A model generated the notes under the pieces. That model was not told where the DNA came from. It made no database searches and was given only the letters and a program-made list of their open reading frames with translations. Both the position numbers and the translations under genes were made by a program. From NCBI RefSeq assembly GCF_036321535.1, contig NC_087437.1, forward strand, positions 3,906,001 to 3,970,000: DNA of 64,000 nucleotides, read 5' to 3'. Each line of letters begins with the position of its first letter. The stretch's first letter is position 1. Source of the stretch: Camelus dromedarius. Taxonomy: Eukaryota. Positions 1-12,169 of the stretch are shown one piece after another.

Positions 1-594
1 GTGGCCATCGTCCCTAGACACTTCTCCTGTCCTTATCAGAGGTTAACTCTCGGGCCCAAGAGCAAAGCTCTGAAGGTCCCAGAGGTGAAACACTAGTAGC
101 AAAGCATGTAGGTGCAGAGCCTGGGCACACAGAGCTGTAAGAGTGACCCGAGGGTTCCTGTTAGGGTGCCAGCAAGGCCCGTTACAGATGGGGGTACATG
201 CTCTCTAGTTGCCAAAGTCCAGTGCTTGTCCTTGGCCAGCTGCAGCTCCGAGGTGCCTATAACTAGAGGGGCTTGGTCACAGCACTGGGGGTGGAAGTGG
301 GGAGCCGGGGCCAGGGGCCCTGACTGCGCGCTGTGCCTACTGAGTCCTGCCGACAAAACGGGAAAGCATCAGGTGCTCATGTCTGAGAGTGGAGAATGCA
401 ATGGCGCTGACGGGAGTTGGTATTAAGTCTTCTCTTCCCGGGACCCACCCTTGTCTGCACCAACGTATTTGGTGCTTCGTTGATTCGACCTGGCCCCTAG
501 AGGCATTTCAGTTTGGTGACCACATAACTTGTGTAATGGAGGGTTAATGGGATCATGCAATGGCAAGTCTAAAAAGACTTAGAGTTTTGGATCC

Positions 595-680
595 ATCCCT
601 TACTTTGCAGATTGCGAAAGGAGGCTCCAAGAAGTTGAGACCTTCCTAAGGTCTCCGAGCTGGTCGAGGGAGAGACTGTC
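595..680 (-). mobile_element. MIR core fragment
   Basis: ctttgcagattgcgaaaggaggctccaagaagttgagaccttcctaaggtc resembles the reverse MIR core. Confidence 0.6.
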
Positions 681-3199
681 TCCCACGTGGGGTCACTAGG
701 TCTGGAGAGCGGCTCCATCCAGCGCCTCCACATGTGGTTCACAGGCCCACTCCATCGGGAGACTGAGGCGGATGAGCTCATTACACGGCAGAGTGCAGTA
801 TAAACGTTTAAGTGTAGTTATAACCTCGAGAAATATCTTGTCCAGTTGAAACTGATGAGTTTTGAGGGGCAGCAGCCACAGGTCATTACACAGCAAGTGG
901 AGGGCGTTAAACCTCCCTCTCTTGATGACACCTTTCTAACGTCTCCTAAATGTGTTCTGTATCCTTAACGTTTCCCGCAAACTCATCCGTAAAGGTCTCA
1001 CCTGATTTCAGTCCACTGGAGCTGATGACTGAGGCAGCTTCGAAATTGGCTTATACGTCACATTTTAAAGCTGTAAGTGATCCCACAGTTGTAGCCTTCT
1101 GAACTATTCCAAGTATTAGTTTGTTGAGGATACGTCCCTAGAAATGCGGAAATGCCAATTCAATGAGATAATGCCCCAAATAATACTTAGCACTGTGCTT
1201 GGCATAAAAAAGCAGCCAATAAAAATTTTTAGGCAACAGCAAAAAAGAAAGGACTATGGACCTTCTGATTTAGGTTGAAGGAGTATCTTGAGATGTTGCT
1301 CATTTTAAGATTTTTTTTTACTGTCTATGTGGAGAGGAGGGAAGTCAGCTGCCGATTGAGACAGTTCTCAGGAGGAGATCCAGGGCGGTCAGGCTGGCTG
1401 GTGGACATCCTTAGAATCTGAGCCCAGGACGAAGGAGACTGGTGATGATCTAGAAGACAAATCCATGAGCTGAAATATGTGGGTCCGGTTTGCCTGATGG
1501 GCCTGACCTGGAGGTTGGATTGCAGGTGAGGTTAGGCAAAGCAAGGCAGAGTAGAGATTGGAAGTGAAGCCTCGGGACGCTCGGTCCCAGCTGTTCTGTG
1601 GCGTGAGTGACTGTCCTGCTCTAGGAGGAGGACTGAAAGCAAAGCAGCAGGCTCTGGCCTGAAGGACTAAGGCTCACACATTTTGACGGCTTGAAAGTCC
1701 AGTGCTGCCTGTGAACCCCCAGGTTGTTCGAGGGAGCCAACAATTAGCTTGGCGCCCAGAGCACTGTTGTTCATCCCTCTTCATGGCTGACATCTGATGG
1801 AGTCATTTGATTCACATCAAACTCTGTGACCATTGATGCTGGGTACAATTTATTTGGCTCTTAAACAATACCAGTGCACCCCAGATGGCTGGTGTCCCTC
1901 CCCGCCCCTTCCAGAAGGAGGGGTCATGTTAGCTACAGGGATAAGCAGAAGGTGCCACGTCACCAGAGCTGCCCCCAGCAGCCTGGGTCTTCCCTGCTGT
2001 TCTGTCAGCCACCCTCCTCCTTCCGGGTGGTGCTGGCGATTCTGAGGTTCAGGGTATGTGATGGGCTGAGCTCCCTGAGGATGGGGTTTTGATGCGTGGG
2101 CAGGTTCAAGCCTTCCTTTTTTGGCCCATAGATCATTCATCTGGCCCAAGACCATGGCACCAGGCCAAGCTGGTGAAGGCAAATTTCATTTATGAAAGTG
2201 CCAAGTACCTTAAACACAATTTTATACAAAAGGAAGGTAAAGAGTCACTTTCTCCCTCCCTCGGACAAAGGGGAGATGGATAGGAATGGCTTTCTCCTTT
2301 GCAAATCCCACAGACAACTTCCTCTTGTTAATAGGCCTATTATGCCAAGTACAGATATACCTCCCAAATACAGACATTCTCCTTGCAGACTGGGGATAAA
2401 AAACCCACTCTGGGGAAGGAAAGGTGTCTTCCGTCAGCACAGAATCTTATCCAGGCCTTGGAGCCAATGGGCCCCCTTGATTGTGTGGAAGTGCATATGG
2501 TTTCTGCTCTGTTCTCCACCTACCAGAATAATAGAGAAGCTGCATTATTAGTCTTTAATGACTAATATCTTTTTATATCATAGGGCTCTGGATTGTATTA
2601 AATTCTTTCGGTTCAGCAGTGGGGAGCTATTTTAACTCTTCTTTACGTCTGTAGCACTCTAAATGCCAAAAAAAAAAGTTTCATAAAAGTTACTTATGAT
2701 GTTAATGAGTAAGGAAGACTGACCTAGGTCTTTTTTGGTGATCACGCTTCTCATTTTACCATTGCTAGTGTCTTTTCAGAGAACACTGGTTCCCCTTTGA
2801 ATTGCAAAATAGATCAAGGCGTCCTAAGCCGGCTTTGCTCTCTGGCCTCGCTGCCTCCCGACATCCTTGGCAGAGGGGCCTTTTCCCTCAGACGCTGACA
2901 GTCTTGTTCCTTTCCAGTAAAACCTGCTCTCGGTTTTCTGTAATAAAAGTAACAAGAGCTTAAAGAGTCTCCCTTCCCAAGCTTGTGCTTAGAACAGAGG
3001 TTTCCAGCTAAGACTCCCACTGGAGCAGAGGTGACTTCAACGAGGAGCAGGGTGGGTGGCCTCTCCTCAGCTCCAGTCAAATGGGACAACAGGCGATGCT
3101 GACCTGGGATGGCCAGGTCTTCCGGTTTTTCAAGAAAGGCTGAAAAGCTCAATTTTATGTGAAATCTTCAAATTAAAAAAAATATATATATATATATAT

Positions 3200-4680
3200 A
3201 TTGGCAAGTTAGACCACAGGCACACAACCCCAGTCCAGCTATGAACCTAAGAGAAATAAATGCACACGTCCATTAAAAATCCTGAGTGAGGATGTTCACA
3301 GCAGCTTTAGTTGTAAAAGCCAAAAGTGGGAAACAAGTCAAATGCTGCTTGTTGAATGCTGGCTCCTAAATTATCACCGAGATCACCTATTGGTAAGACA
3401 AAAGAAAACTATGTTGCCACAGAAAGAATGAAATATTGCCATTTGCAGCAATGTGTGTGGACCTAGAGATTGTCTTCATACTAAGCGAAGTAAGTCAGAC
3501 AGAGAAAGGCAAATATCAAGTGATATCACTTACATGTGGAACCTAAAAAAATGACACCAATGAACTTATTTACAAAATATAAATAGATTCAGACCTAGAA
3601 AACTAACTTATCATTACCAAAAGGGAAAGGGGAAGGGAAGGTATAAATTAGGAGTTTGGGATTAACATATTACCCACTACTATATATAAAATACATAAAC
3701 AACCAGGACCTACTGTGTAGCTCAGGGAACTACATTTGGTATCTTGTAATAACCTATAATGGAAAAGAATCTGAGAAGGAATATATATGTGTAATTGAAT
3801 CACTTTGCTGTACACCTGAAGCCTTGTAGATTGACTATACTTCAATAACAAAATAAAAATTTAGAAATCCAAAAAAATAAAAGACAAATGCAAACACCTT
3901 AACAATGTCTTTGCAGGGTCTCGGAGTGGGGAGGGTGAAGTCAAGACATTAATTCCAATTCTGAAGTCTGCTTTAAGGTGAGCCTTTCAGTGTAAGGGAG
4001 TGGGTCTCGGTTAGGACCGGGGAAGGGTGATGATGATAACAGTAAGGACTGATGGACACAACCAGCCAAGGCAAGGGGTTAAAGAGACTAGGAGTGTCAA
4101 TTACTGTTGATGAGTTTCCTTCAGGAAGGGCCTAGAATGAATAAAAGAGTGGTTTGCAACTTTGGTCTTCCTGGACAAGAGTTTCCTAAAACAGTAAAAT
4201 TGTGCTAATGAAGTTTGTGGCGTAGTGAGGCCATGTCAGTGTATACTGTGGTGTCGCCGAGCACATGTAGATGGTTTGGATTCCCACCTTCAACAGGTGG
4301 TATATTTATAAAATGAATACTACTTGGCAATGAAAGATGAATAAATTGTTCTCCGTACAATAGCATGGAGACACTTCACAGGCAGAATGATGAGTGTCAG
4401 ATGGCAGATGCAGCGGAGAGCATGTTGTATGAGACATTCAGGAACATACTACAAGTTCAAGAACAGGCAAAACTCATCTCTAGAGATGGACGCCAGAATG
4501 CTGCTGCCTCTGCGGGGAAGGTCAGAGGTAGTCACGGTACTGCCTGGGAATACGTCTTACAGAGTACTGGAAATATTCCATGTCTGGGTGGTGATTGCTT
4601 GAAATTCAGTGAGCTCTATATCTAAGATTAGTACACTTTTTGATTTTAATATATGTCTTAACCTCAACTAAAAAAGTATG
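3200..4680 (+). mobile_element. Old L1M(E) 3' region split into ~3200-3345 and ~4295-4680 by a nested insert
   Basis: ggatgttcacagcagcttta...gggaaacaagtcaaatg resumes at ~4296 as gtggtatatttataaaatgaatactac. Confidence 0.65.
3420..3882 (+). mobile_element. Cetartiodactyl-type L1 3' end (ORF2 C-terminus, 3' UTR, A-rich tail)
   Basis: aaagaatgaaatattgccatttgcagca...ggacctactgtgtagctcagggaac...ttgactatacttcaat followed by an A tail. Confidence 0.9.
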
Positions 4681-4904
4681 AACACATTCAAAGAAAAAGA
4701 TACTTAGAATAAACATTAGAATAGTTGTCCATGGTTGGGGCAGGAAAAGAATGCGGGTGACTATGGGGGTAAAAGGAAATCATGAAGACAAAACAGGGAC
4801 CTTGCAAGAATCAAAGACAACAATCCATCATGAGCAGTGCAACAATTCTCTCAACTCTCTCCTCTCGAGATCTAAAATTATGCACATTTAAAAGATTAAA
4901 TTTT

Positions 4905-5025
4905 TATGAAGAAAGAGTATGAAAACAATTATATGTAGGTATATGGATGACTGAAACATGCATACACCAGAAATCGATGCATTGTAACTGACTGTACTTC
5001 AATAATAAATAAATAAATAAATAAT
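4905..5025 (+). mobile_element. Short L1 3'-terminal fragment with (TAAA)n tail
   Basis: accagaaatcgatgcattgtaactgactgtacttcaat followed by (aaat)n. Confidence 0.75.
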
Positions 5026-5842
5026 CAGCGCTTTAAAAAAACGATAATTTTTTTAAAAAGGTAAAATCAACTATAAAATGTACCTGTGTCAAATACTTTG
5101 ACTCATTAATGAGGTACCCAGGAAGATGTTATAACCAGTTAAAAGGACAATATAAGGAGCAGAGATTTGTAGGGAACAGAGAATTCTGAAATAACTTTCC
5201 AAATCGATGAGAAACAGATCTATCCACAAAATGGATCTATCTACTCATCTGTGCAGAAATTAATGCGTTTCACTGGACACAATTAGTTTGCATTTCTTTG
5301 GACAAGAATCATTTATATTATCAGTTTTCTACAACGAACAGAATTATTAAAAAAAAAAAAACAGCAACTCGAAGATAGTGAAAGAAGAGCTCCCGGGATG
5401 CATGAGCTACAGAGAATGCCACCCTTTAGCCTCTCACACTTTTTCTGAGTACAGCTACGAACAAATTCGTAAAAAGTACATATATGTGTACACACACATA
5501 CATAAATTTGGCATTAGTGGGTCTGAATAAAACACATATTCAGGCCTGTTTTACCCCGGGAACCTTGAGTTTCCAAGTGCTGATTTAGAATGTTAAAGGG
5601 ACCTTACAGGTCGTCTATTTAAAAAACGTTTCAACCTACAGGAATGCCACTTTCTTGTGGATTCTAGCCACCAGTCGGCGGGAGAGATACATTGTAAGAG
5701 GCAGCATTTTCTTCCAAATGCCTAGAAGTCACCCCACCTCAGCAGCCCATCTTGCTGCTGGTGTGGTTGGCCCTGATTCTGGAATCTGGTTTCACTGTGT
5801 CATTTAAAAAATCTTATATGAGAGGTGCTTGTGTAGACTTCT

Positions 5843-6057
5843 TTTTTTAAAAAAATTTTATTTTATTGAGTTATAATCAGTTTACAATGTTGTGTCAATT
5901 TCCGGCGTAGAGCACAATTTTTCAGTTATACATGAACATACGTATATTCGTTGTCACATTCTTTCTCACCATGAGCTACCACAAGATCTTGTATATATTT
6001 CCCTGTGCTATACCGTATAATCTTGTTTATCTATTCTACATATACCTGTCAGTATCA
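5843..6057 (-). mobile_element. 5'-truncated lineage-specific L1 3' end
   Basis: Perfect 11-bp TSD TGTAGACTTCT at 5832-5842 and 6058-6068; T-rich tail; L1 3' UTR sequence. Confidence 0.9.
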
Positions 6058-6261
6058 TGTAGACTTCTGATAGAATATCAAGATCTCATTTCTGTGGTTG
6101 TTTGTCTTGCTGGGTTTCTGTCTCCAGCAGTGGGGAGAAGATGCAGCCCGATTCTTGATCACGAGCCAGGAGGAAAGGCAGAGAGCTAGCTCTCAATTTC
6201 ACAAAAGGAACAAAGCCTCATTTATAGCACACTGCTGCGCACGCTGGAATTTCATGAGTCA

Positions 6262-6413
6262 GTCGATAAGGATAATTAAACAGTGTAGGTCAAGGACCAG
6301 ACACCATCATTCAACCCCCTGCAAATCCATTAGGCAAAAGCTTGAGAAACATTATTTAAAAGCTGCAATATTTAATCACTGGTGCATTTTTAAAAAGTGC
6401 TCTATTGCTGCTA
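6262..6413. repeat. Copy A of a diverged ~150-bp direct duplication
   Basis: Hand alignment to 8136-8286: 116/152 identical. Confidence 0.9.
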
Positions 6414-6689
6414 AGCAATGCTGAGAAAGTAATAAAAGGCAAAACCTCAGCCACATGACTTTGTTAAAAAAATAATTAACTTCAAGACATAGTAATGGTC
6501 TTTGTCTTTTTTTCTCTGTATGAATTCCTCATGCTCCTGCTTTGATTCTGTAGTTTCTTCTCCCTGGCTTCTCTCCTCAAAATCCTTGTTCCAGGAAGCC
6601 CTCTCTGAGGACTGCAGCATGCTTATTTTTTTCCCCATCCTAAACCCTAAGTCCTTTTAGCTCTTTTAATCCATTGTTTCTTCTAGAAC

Positions 6690-7660
6690 TTTTACGAATA
6701 TTGAATTCATTGGACTATAATTCATGTATAATAAAATGCACCCACATTGGTTGTAAGTTTGATGGGTTTTGGCAAATGGATACACCCCAATAACCACCAC
6801 CGCAATCAAGACAGAGACTATTTCCATCACCTCAGAAAGTTCCCCTGTGACCTGCTTTCTGTCACTGTGGTTACTTTTGCCTGTTCCAGGGTTTCACATC
6901 AATGGAGTCACGCAGTGTATGCTCTGGGTTCCAGATTATTCCACTCAGCATAATGTTCTTGAGATTTGTCTACATTGTTGTGTGTTGTCAGTATTTTGCT
7001 TCTTTTGATTGCTGAGCTGTATTTCCATTGTGCAGATAAACCACAATTAGTTTATCCACTCATCTGTTGTTGGTGATGTGGGCTGTTTCCATTTTTTTGC
7101 TACTATAAATAAAGCTAATATGAATATTTGTGTATAGTCTTTTTAAAAAATTTTTTATTGAATTGTAATTGATTTACAACGTTAGTTTCAGGTGTACAGC
7201 AAAGTGATTCAGTTATATATATAATGCATATATATTTTTTCCTTTCGGATTGTTTTCCATTATAGGTTATTACAAGAAATTGAATACAGTTCCCTGTGCT
7301 AGACAGTAGGTCCTTGTTGTTTATCTATTTTATACATAGTAATGTGTATAGTCTTTGTGTTGACATATTTCATTTCTCTTTGGTGTAGTCACATGCATAC
7401 ACACGCATACATACGATTGTCTGGTAAATGTATGTTTGAGAAAAACCACTGAACCGTTTTTCAACATGGTTGTACCATTTTACATTCCCACCAGCTGCAG
7501 TTGAGGTATTCAGTTCTTCCACATCCTCACCAACTGTTGGTATGGTCAGATTTTAAAATTTCTGTTACTCTAGTGATATCTTATTGTGGTCTGAATTTTT
7601 AGTTTCCTGAACCCTGATGATGGTGGGTGTGTCTTTACGTGCATCTACCTTTCTTTGTGA
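6690..7660 (-). mobile_element. Old L1M (L1MB/MC/MD-like) 3' region, interrupted at 7143-7342
   Basis: tataattcatgtataataaaatgcaccca...tttccatcacctcagaaag...ttgtaccattttacattcccaccag. Confidence 0.8.
7143..7342 (-). mobile_element. 5'-truncated cetartiodactyl L1 3' end nested in an older L1
   Basis: 14-bp TSD TGTGTATAGTCTTT at 7129-7142 and 7343-7356. Confidence 0.9.
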
Positions 7661-7762
7661 AACTCCAGCACTGTTTTGATTTGCATTTCGGGGCCTTTTT
7701 TCTGTTTCTTCAACATGGCTAGCTGGTTCCTCCTCACTGTCATTGCTTTGCAGTGCATTTGC

Positions 7763-7877
7763 TTTGTTTGTTTTTTGTGTTTTGTGTTTTGGGGAGGATA
7801 ATTAGATTTTTTTAATGGAGGTACTGGAGATTGAACCCAGGACCTCATGCAAGCTAAGCACCCACTAGATCCTCCCC
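7763..7877 (-). mobile_element. tRNA-Ala-derived camelid SINE (vic-1-like), degenerate
   Basis: tggaggtactggagattgaacccaggacctcatgcaagctaagc is the reverse of a tRNA-Ala head with B box; its tail resembles those of the other copies. Confidence 0.85.
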
Positions 7878-7899
7878 ATATGCTCTGAAGTTTTTTCCT

Positions 7900-8340
7900 G
7901 GATTATCCTGGACTGGCTTCTTCTCATCAGTGAGATCTCCAATGTCACCTCCTCAGAAAAGCTTGCAATTACTCTTTATCACCTTACCTTGTCTGGTTGT
8001 CTCGTAATAACACTTTTATACATGTCTGAAATTATCTTAATGTATTTGTTTACTTTCTTATCATCTGTCTATCTCCACTGGAATACAGACTCCACAAAGT
8101 GGGGGGAGGTCTCTTTTTTGTTTGTTTGGTTCATGGTCAATAAGGACAACTGAACAGTATAAATCAAGGGCTATACACAGCCATTCAACCTCCTGAAAAT
8201 CCATTAGTCATAAGCCTAGGAAGCGTTATTTCAAAGCTGCGATGTTAGATGGCTGGTGCGTATGAAAAAGCGCTTTCTTGCTGCTACTAGCAGAGTGCAT
8301 GGAACCCTGGATGTGCTGGGTGGGTATTTACTGAACAAAC
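7900..8340 (+). mobile_element. L2 3' end, interrupted by duplication copy B
   Basis: aatgtcacctcctcagaaaagc...ctccactggaatacagactccac...ttggttcat [insert] ctagcagagtgcatggaacc...tatttactgaac. Confidence 0.65.
8136..8286. repeat. Copy B of a diverged ~150-bp direct duplication
   Basis: Hand alignment to 6262-6413. Confidence 0.9.
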
Positions 8341-8643
8341 AGCCGTGTAGATTTCACTAAGCACTCTCAAAGATCTCCTTCCATCATTCATTCACTCAAC
8401 GCACATTTACTGAAAACTGCATATATGCCAAGCATTATGAGGATGTAAAGAAGAATAATTATTCCTACTCTCAAGTTGCTCATGATCTTTTAAAAACGGG
8501 ATTTTATTGCAAAATTAATACATGCTAGTGATAGAAAGGTAAACAGTACAGAAGAGAAAGTCACCGCTTCTCCAAGACTGAAACTTCTTAGTGGCAATCA
8601 TTATTAGTTGTTTTCTTTTGTGTCCTTCCAGAATTTAGGCAAT

Positions 8644-8646
<3 letters not shown>

Positions 8647-8718
<72 letters not shown>
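8647..8718. repeat. Interrupted (CA)n microsatellite
   Basis: Visible directly, with a CTCACT interruption. Confidence 0.98.
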
Positions 8719-8720
<2 letters not shown>

Positions 8721-8777
8721 CAGAATGACATTATAGAAAACACAGTTTTAAGTTGTTTACGATCTTATGGTGGAGAC

Positions 8778-8968
8778 CAGGATGGCCAGCGTTAGCAAAT
8801 AAAAGTAGAGGGAGCCCAGTTAAATTTGAATTTCAGATAAACAACAAATGAAAACTTTTAGTGTAAGTATGTACCAAGTATTGCATGGACATACTTCTAC
8901 CAAAAATTTATTTGCTTATCTGAAATTCAAATCTAACTGGGTACTCTGGGTTTTATCTGACAAGTCTG
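8778..8968. mobile_element. MER53-like palindromic hAT MITE
   Basis: Internal inverted arms ccagttaaatttgaatttcagataa / ttatctgaaattcaaatctaactgg and taagtatgt / acatactt; ~190 bp. Confidence 0.85.
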
Positions 8969-9221
8969 GGTGGAGACAGATGTTCAAAATGATAAGTGAC
9001 AATAAATGACAATATGGTTCTGTGTTTGCAGTCACGGAAGTCAAGGCACCACAGGCTGAGAGACCATGGAAGAGAGACTGACTCATTCCATCAGGCAAAA
9101 TCAGGAAAAGCTTATAAAACAGACATTTGCCCTGGGAGCCAACATATGAATAAGAGTTTATTACCATTTCGAATTAGAGAAATATATAATCTCGCAGATC
9201 CTTTTTGAATTCACTTATTTT

Positions 9222-9565
9222 CTTTCCTTTTAAGTCGAAGTATAGTCAGTTTACAATGCTGTGTCAGTTTCTGGTTGTGTCAGTTTCTGGTGTACAGCAT
9301 AGTGACTCAGTTATACATATATATTCTTTTTCATTATAGGTTGCTACAAGATATTGAACATAGTTCCCTGGGCTATAGAGTACAAACTTGTTGTTTATCC
9401 GGTTTTGTGAGGAATTTCCTCTTATTTCTGATTGTAAGAGATATTCTGCCAAAGTTGAGTAGGTGTTCTGTGAGAATTGTTCCATATGCAGATATAGATT
9501 TTGGTGTATTCGTGGGAGGGGGTGAGCACCGTGTCTTTCTACTCCAGCACCTTGGCAATGTCCCC
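9222..9565 (-). mobile_element. Mini-L1: putative L1 5' UTR start fused directly to the L1 3' terminus
   Basis: 9222-9398 matches the other L1 3' ends in the window; 9399-9565 resembles an L1 5' end. TSD TATTTT at 9216-9221 and 9566-9571, followed by AAAA. Confidence 0.75.
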
Positions 9566-10569
9566 TATTTTAAAAATCATTTTTACAGCATGCTATAATT
9601 AAGAAAACTGATGCAAAAATTTATAGCTATTGTATTATAAAGTTTATTTTAAATACATTCCTTAATGTCAGTAATATAAAAAGACAAATCTTGACTACCC
9701 CCAATTAATAATAAATGCATGTTGTTTAATTTACTTTTAACTCTGTAATAATTATCAGCTAGTAAAGTAGGGTATGACATTTTATGCTGTGTCTGGCTTT
9801 GAGGCCCAGTATATACTAAAATGCAGAAATAAAATTTAATTTTGTTCTATGGCATCAAAAAGATTTCAAATCCTTTTCATGATCTAATGTTTGGAATCCC
9901 TGCATTTTTGCAGTTTAAGATATCAACAGGCTTGTGTTTAGCTTTTTAGGTTTGACTTTTTAAATGACATGACAGAAGACAAGGCTTCAGACATCTATTG
10001 ATAAATCACATGTGGTCAATATACATACTGTTTATATCCAGCAAGTTAAAAGCCAAATGGAATATAATTACCACTGTATTTCCTCTTTTTAACACTGTTT
10101 TTTGTAATTGCTTGATGTGATGTCAAAGCTTTCGGTAAGAATCATGCAATTTACAGACCTATTGAAGTCCCGCTTGAGGCTAATTAGTAGTAATAATATT
10201 TTTTCCCCATATCATCTTGTTATATTTCAATACATATGTTCCGTAGACTTTCCCTCTTTAACCAACAGTCCACACAGCTTGATGGATCATTAGAAGGAAA
10301 ACATCCTTGAAACCACCTTTCCCGTCAGAAGAGACTTCCCAACGCGTGCCTATTCAGCCACAATGCGTCCTTACCCCAGGACTCAGCGGTCTTGATGCTG
10401 TAATATTCGCTTCCTTATTTTTGGGTGCAGTTTCACAGCCCAAGTGTGCTGAGCTCTAAACTCTGTAATTTGGTTTTGCCTGCAATTTAGTTTTGCCTGC
10501 TTTTTTTTTTTTTAAGGTTAGTCTTTGAGTCTCTGAATTTACAGATTTCCTCTTCCTCTCTTTTTTTTT

Positions 10570-11670
10570 CACCTTGCAATTATTTGTTGTAGAAACATGA
10601 TGATTTAACCAATACTTTCCCGCTGCCTGAATCTGCTGATTTGATTCCCTTCCTAACACCTTCCTCTGCCCTCTGTGTTCCTGTAAACTGGTGCTGGATC
10701 TTGAGGCTTAGATTCCGATTTGATTGTTTCAGCAAGACTGTTTCATCAGTGGTGTGCATTCATCAGGAAGCACATAGTATCTGATGGTCCCCTTTGTCCT
10801 GCCCTGAGCAGCTAAGGATGTTTAATACCCAGATGATTTAATCCTTTAGGGGTTGCAAAATGACAATATTCCCATTCTTGCTTTCCTTCTTCATTTATTT
10901 GTTGGAAATCATTTACGAAGAGACATCCTGCCACATCTGTTATTTATGTGGTGATATAGTTCTCATAGAAAAGGCAGAATAAATAATTCTTTCATTTACC
11001 AGTTTTCAAAACGAAAGCATCTCCAAGGTGACCAACTAGCTGTGTGTTCGTGTGTGTGCGCGCGTGCGCACGTGTGTGTGTAATAATGAACTTAGAGATA
11101 TAAATATATTTGACGTGTTTAGACCTCTGCCAACTAAAGAATATTACTCACCATGTGGTTCTACAAGAATGACATCATGAGTCATGGCAGTCGCTAACCT
11201 TCAGCACACCCTGAGAGGAGTTTAGGGTGGAGATCAGGAATGGGGTGCTCCGTGCTCTGGGAAAAACTGGCAGAACAGACCTTCAGAGAGTTAGATATTT
11301 GCAAGAGAAAATGCTATGAATCTAATTTCTTGCATCTTCCCATATTTAGAAAAGCACTGAAATCATTAACTAAGATGTCTTTTCCTCGTGACTAGCAGCA
11401 ACCTTTTACTGAGATGTGTGCTTGGTTGTATGTACCCCATTTTCCAAAATCACACACTTGCTGACCTCCCCCGGTACCTTTTTGCAGCAGTTCCTCGGAG
11501 CTCTCTGAGAGGCTGTCTCCGAGGCTATTGTCCTCAGTAATCCTCAGATAAAACAGAAACTTACAACTCTCATGTTGTGTGTTTTTATTTCAGCTGACAC
11601 CCCTTATTCATGTGAAAATTGTCCCATCTGTGGGACATCTCTTCAAGTTGGCTCCCAAGTCCTCCAAATA
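10570..11670 (-). mobile_element. L1MC4/5-like 3' fragment split by a solo LTR
   Basis: ttcctgtaaactggtgctggatcttgaggcttagattc...catcaggaagcacatagtatctg; resumes after 11600 with aaattgtcccatctgtgg. Confidence 0.65.
11128..11599 (+). mobile_element. ERV1-type solo LTR
   Basis: TG...CA ends (TGCCAACT / AGCTGACA); imperfect 4-bp TSD CCTC/CCCC; ATAAAA near 11549; AP-1 site TGAGTCA at 11178-11184. Confidence 0.8.
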
Positions 11671-12169
11671 CTATTTTTTTTTTAAGTCTTTCAACAACAA
11701 GAATCTGGATGTAAGAAAAGACCACAAAGGAAACAAGAATTTTGCACCAAAAAGATTTGGTTCGGCTCACTTAAGGAATTTTTTTTTGTAGTTGGTACCT
11801 ACCATATTTTACTGGAAACTGAATTTTCTTTAATCGTGTCAGTTTCATACGTGTGTGGGTGGCAAGATTTACCAAAAATAAGCAACATTGTAACATGAAT
11901 CACAGATGCGCCACCTGACTTTAAGAGAAATTAGAAGGCTATTTGACAGGTCCAAACTGTCCTTCCTGCTGGGAAGTGACCACGGCTGGCTGTGGAGAGG
12001 AACTGCCCTGTGCTCTAGAGGATGTGGAGAGAGCCAGGCTTCGACTATACTGCATCGTCCCTGCAGCATTGGAGCTGTCTGGGTCCATTTCTGTCTTCAA
12101 GCATCTTTGTCCTTAATTGTAGCTTCTCTTACCAGACCCTATGAGTAACTGCTCTGAAAGTGTTTAGTG

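Noticed and set aside
1..3150. Numerous 60-120 aa ORFs at the window start
   Set aside because: No homology, no consistent exon structure, and lengths expected by chance.
9600..10480. AT-rich unassigned stretch, checked for a pseudogene or transposase remnant
   Set aside because: Partial hand translation gave stops and no recognisable motif; no call is supportable without a search.
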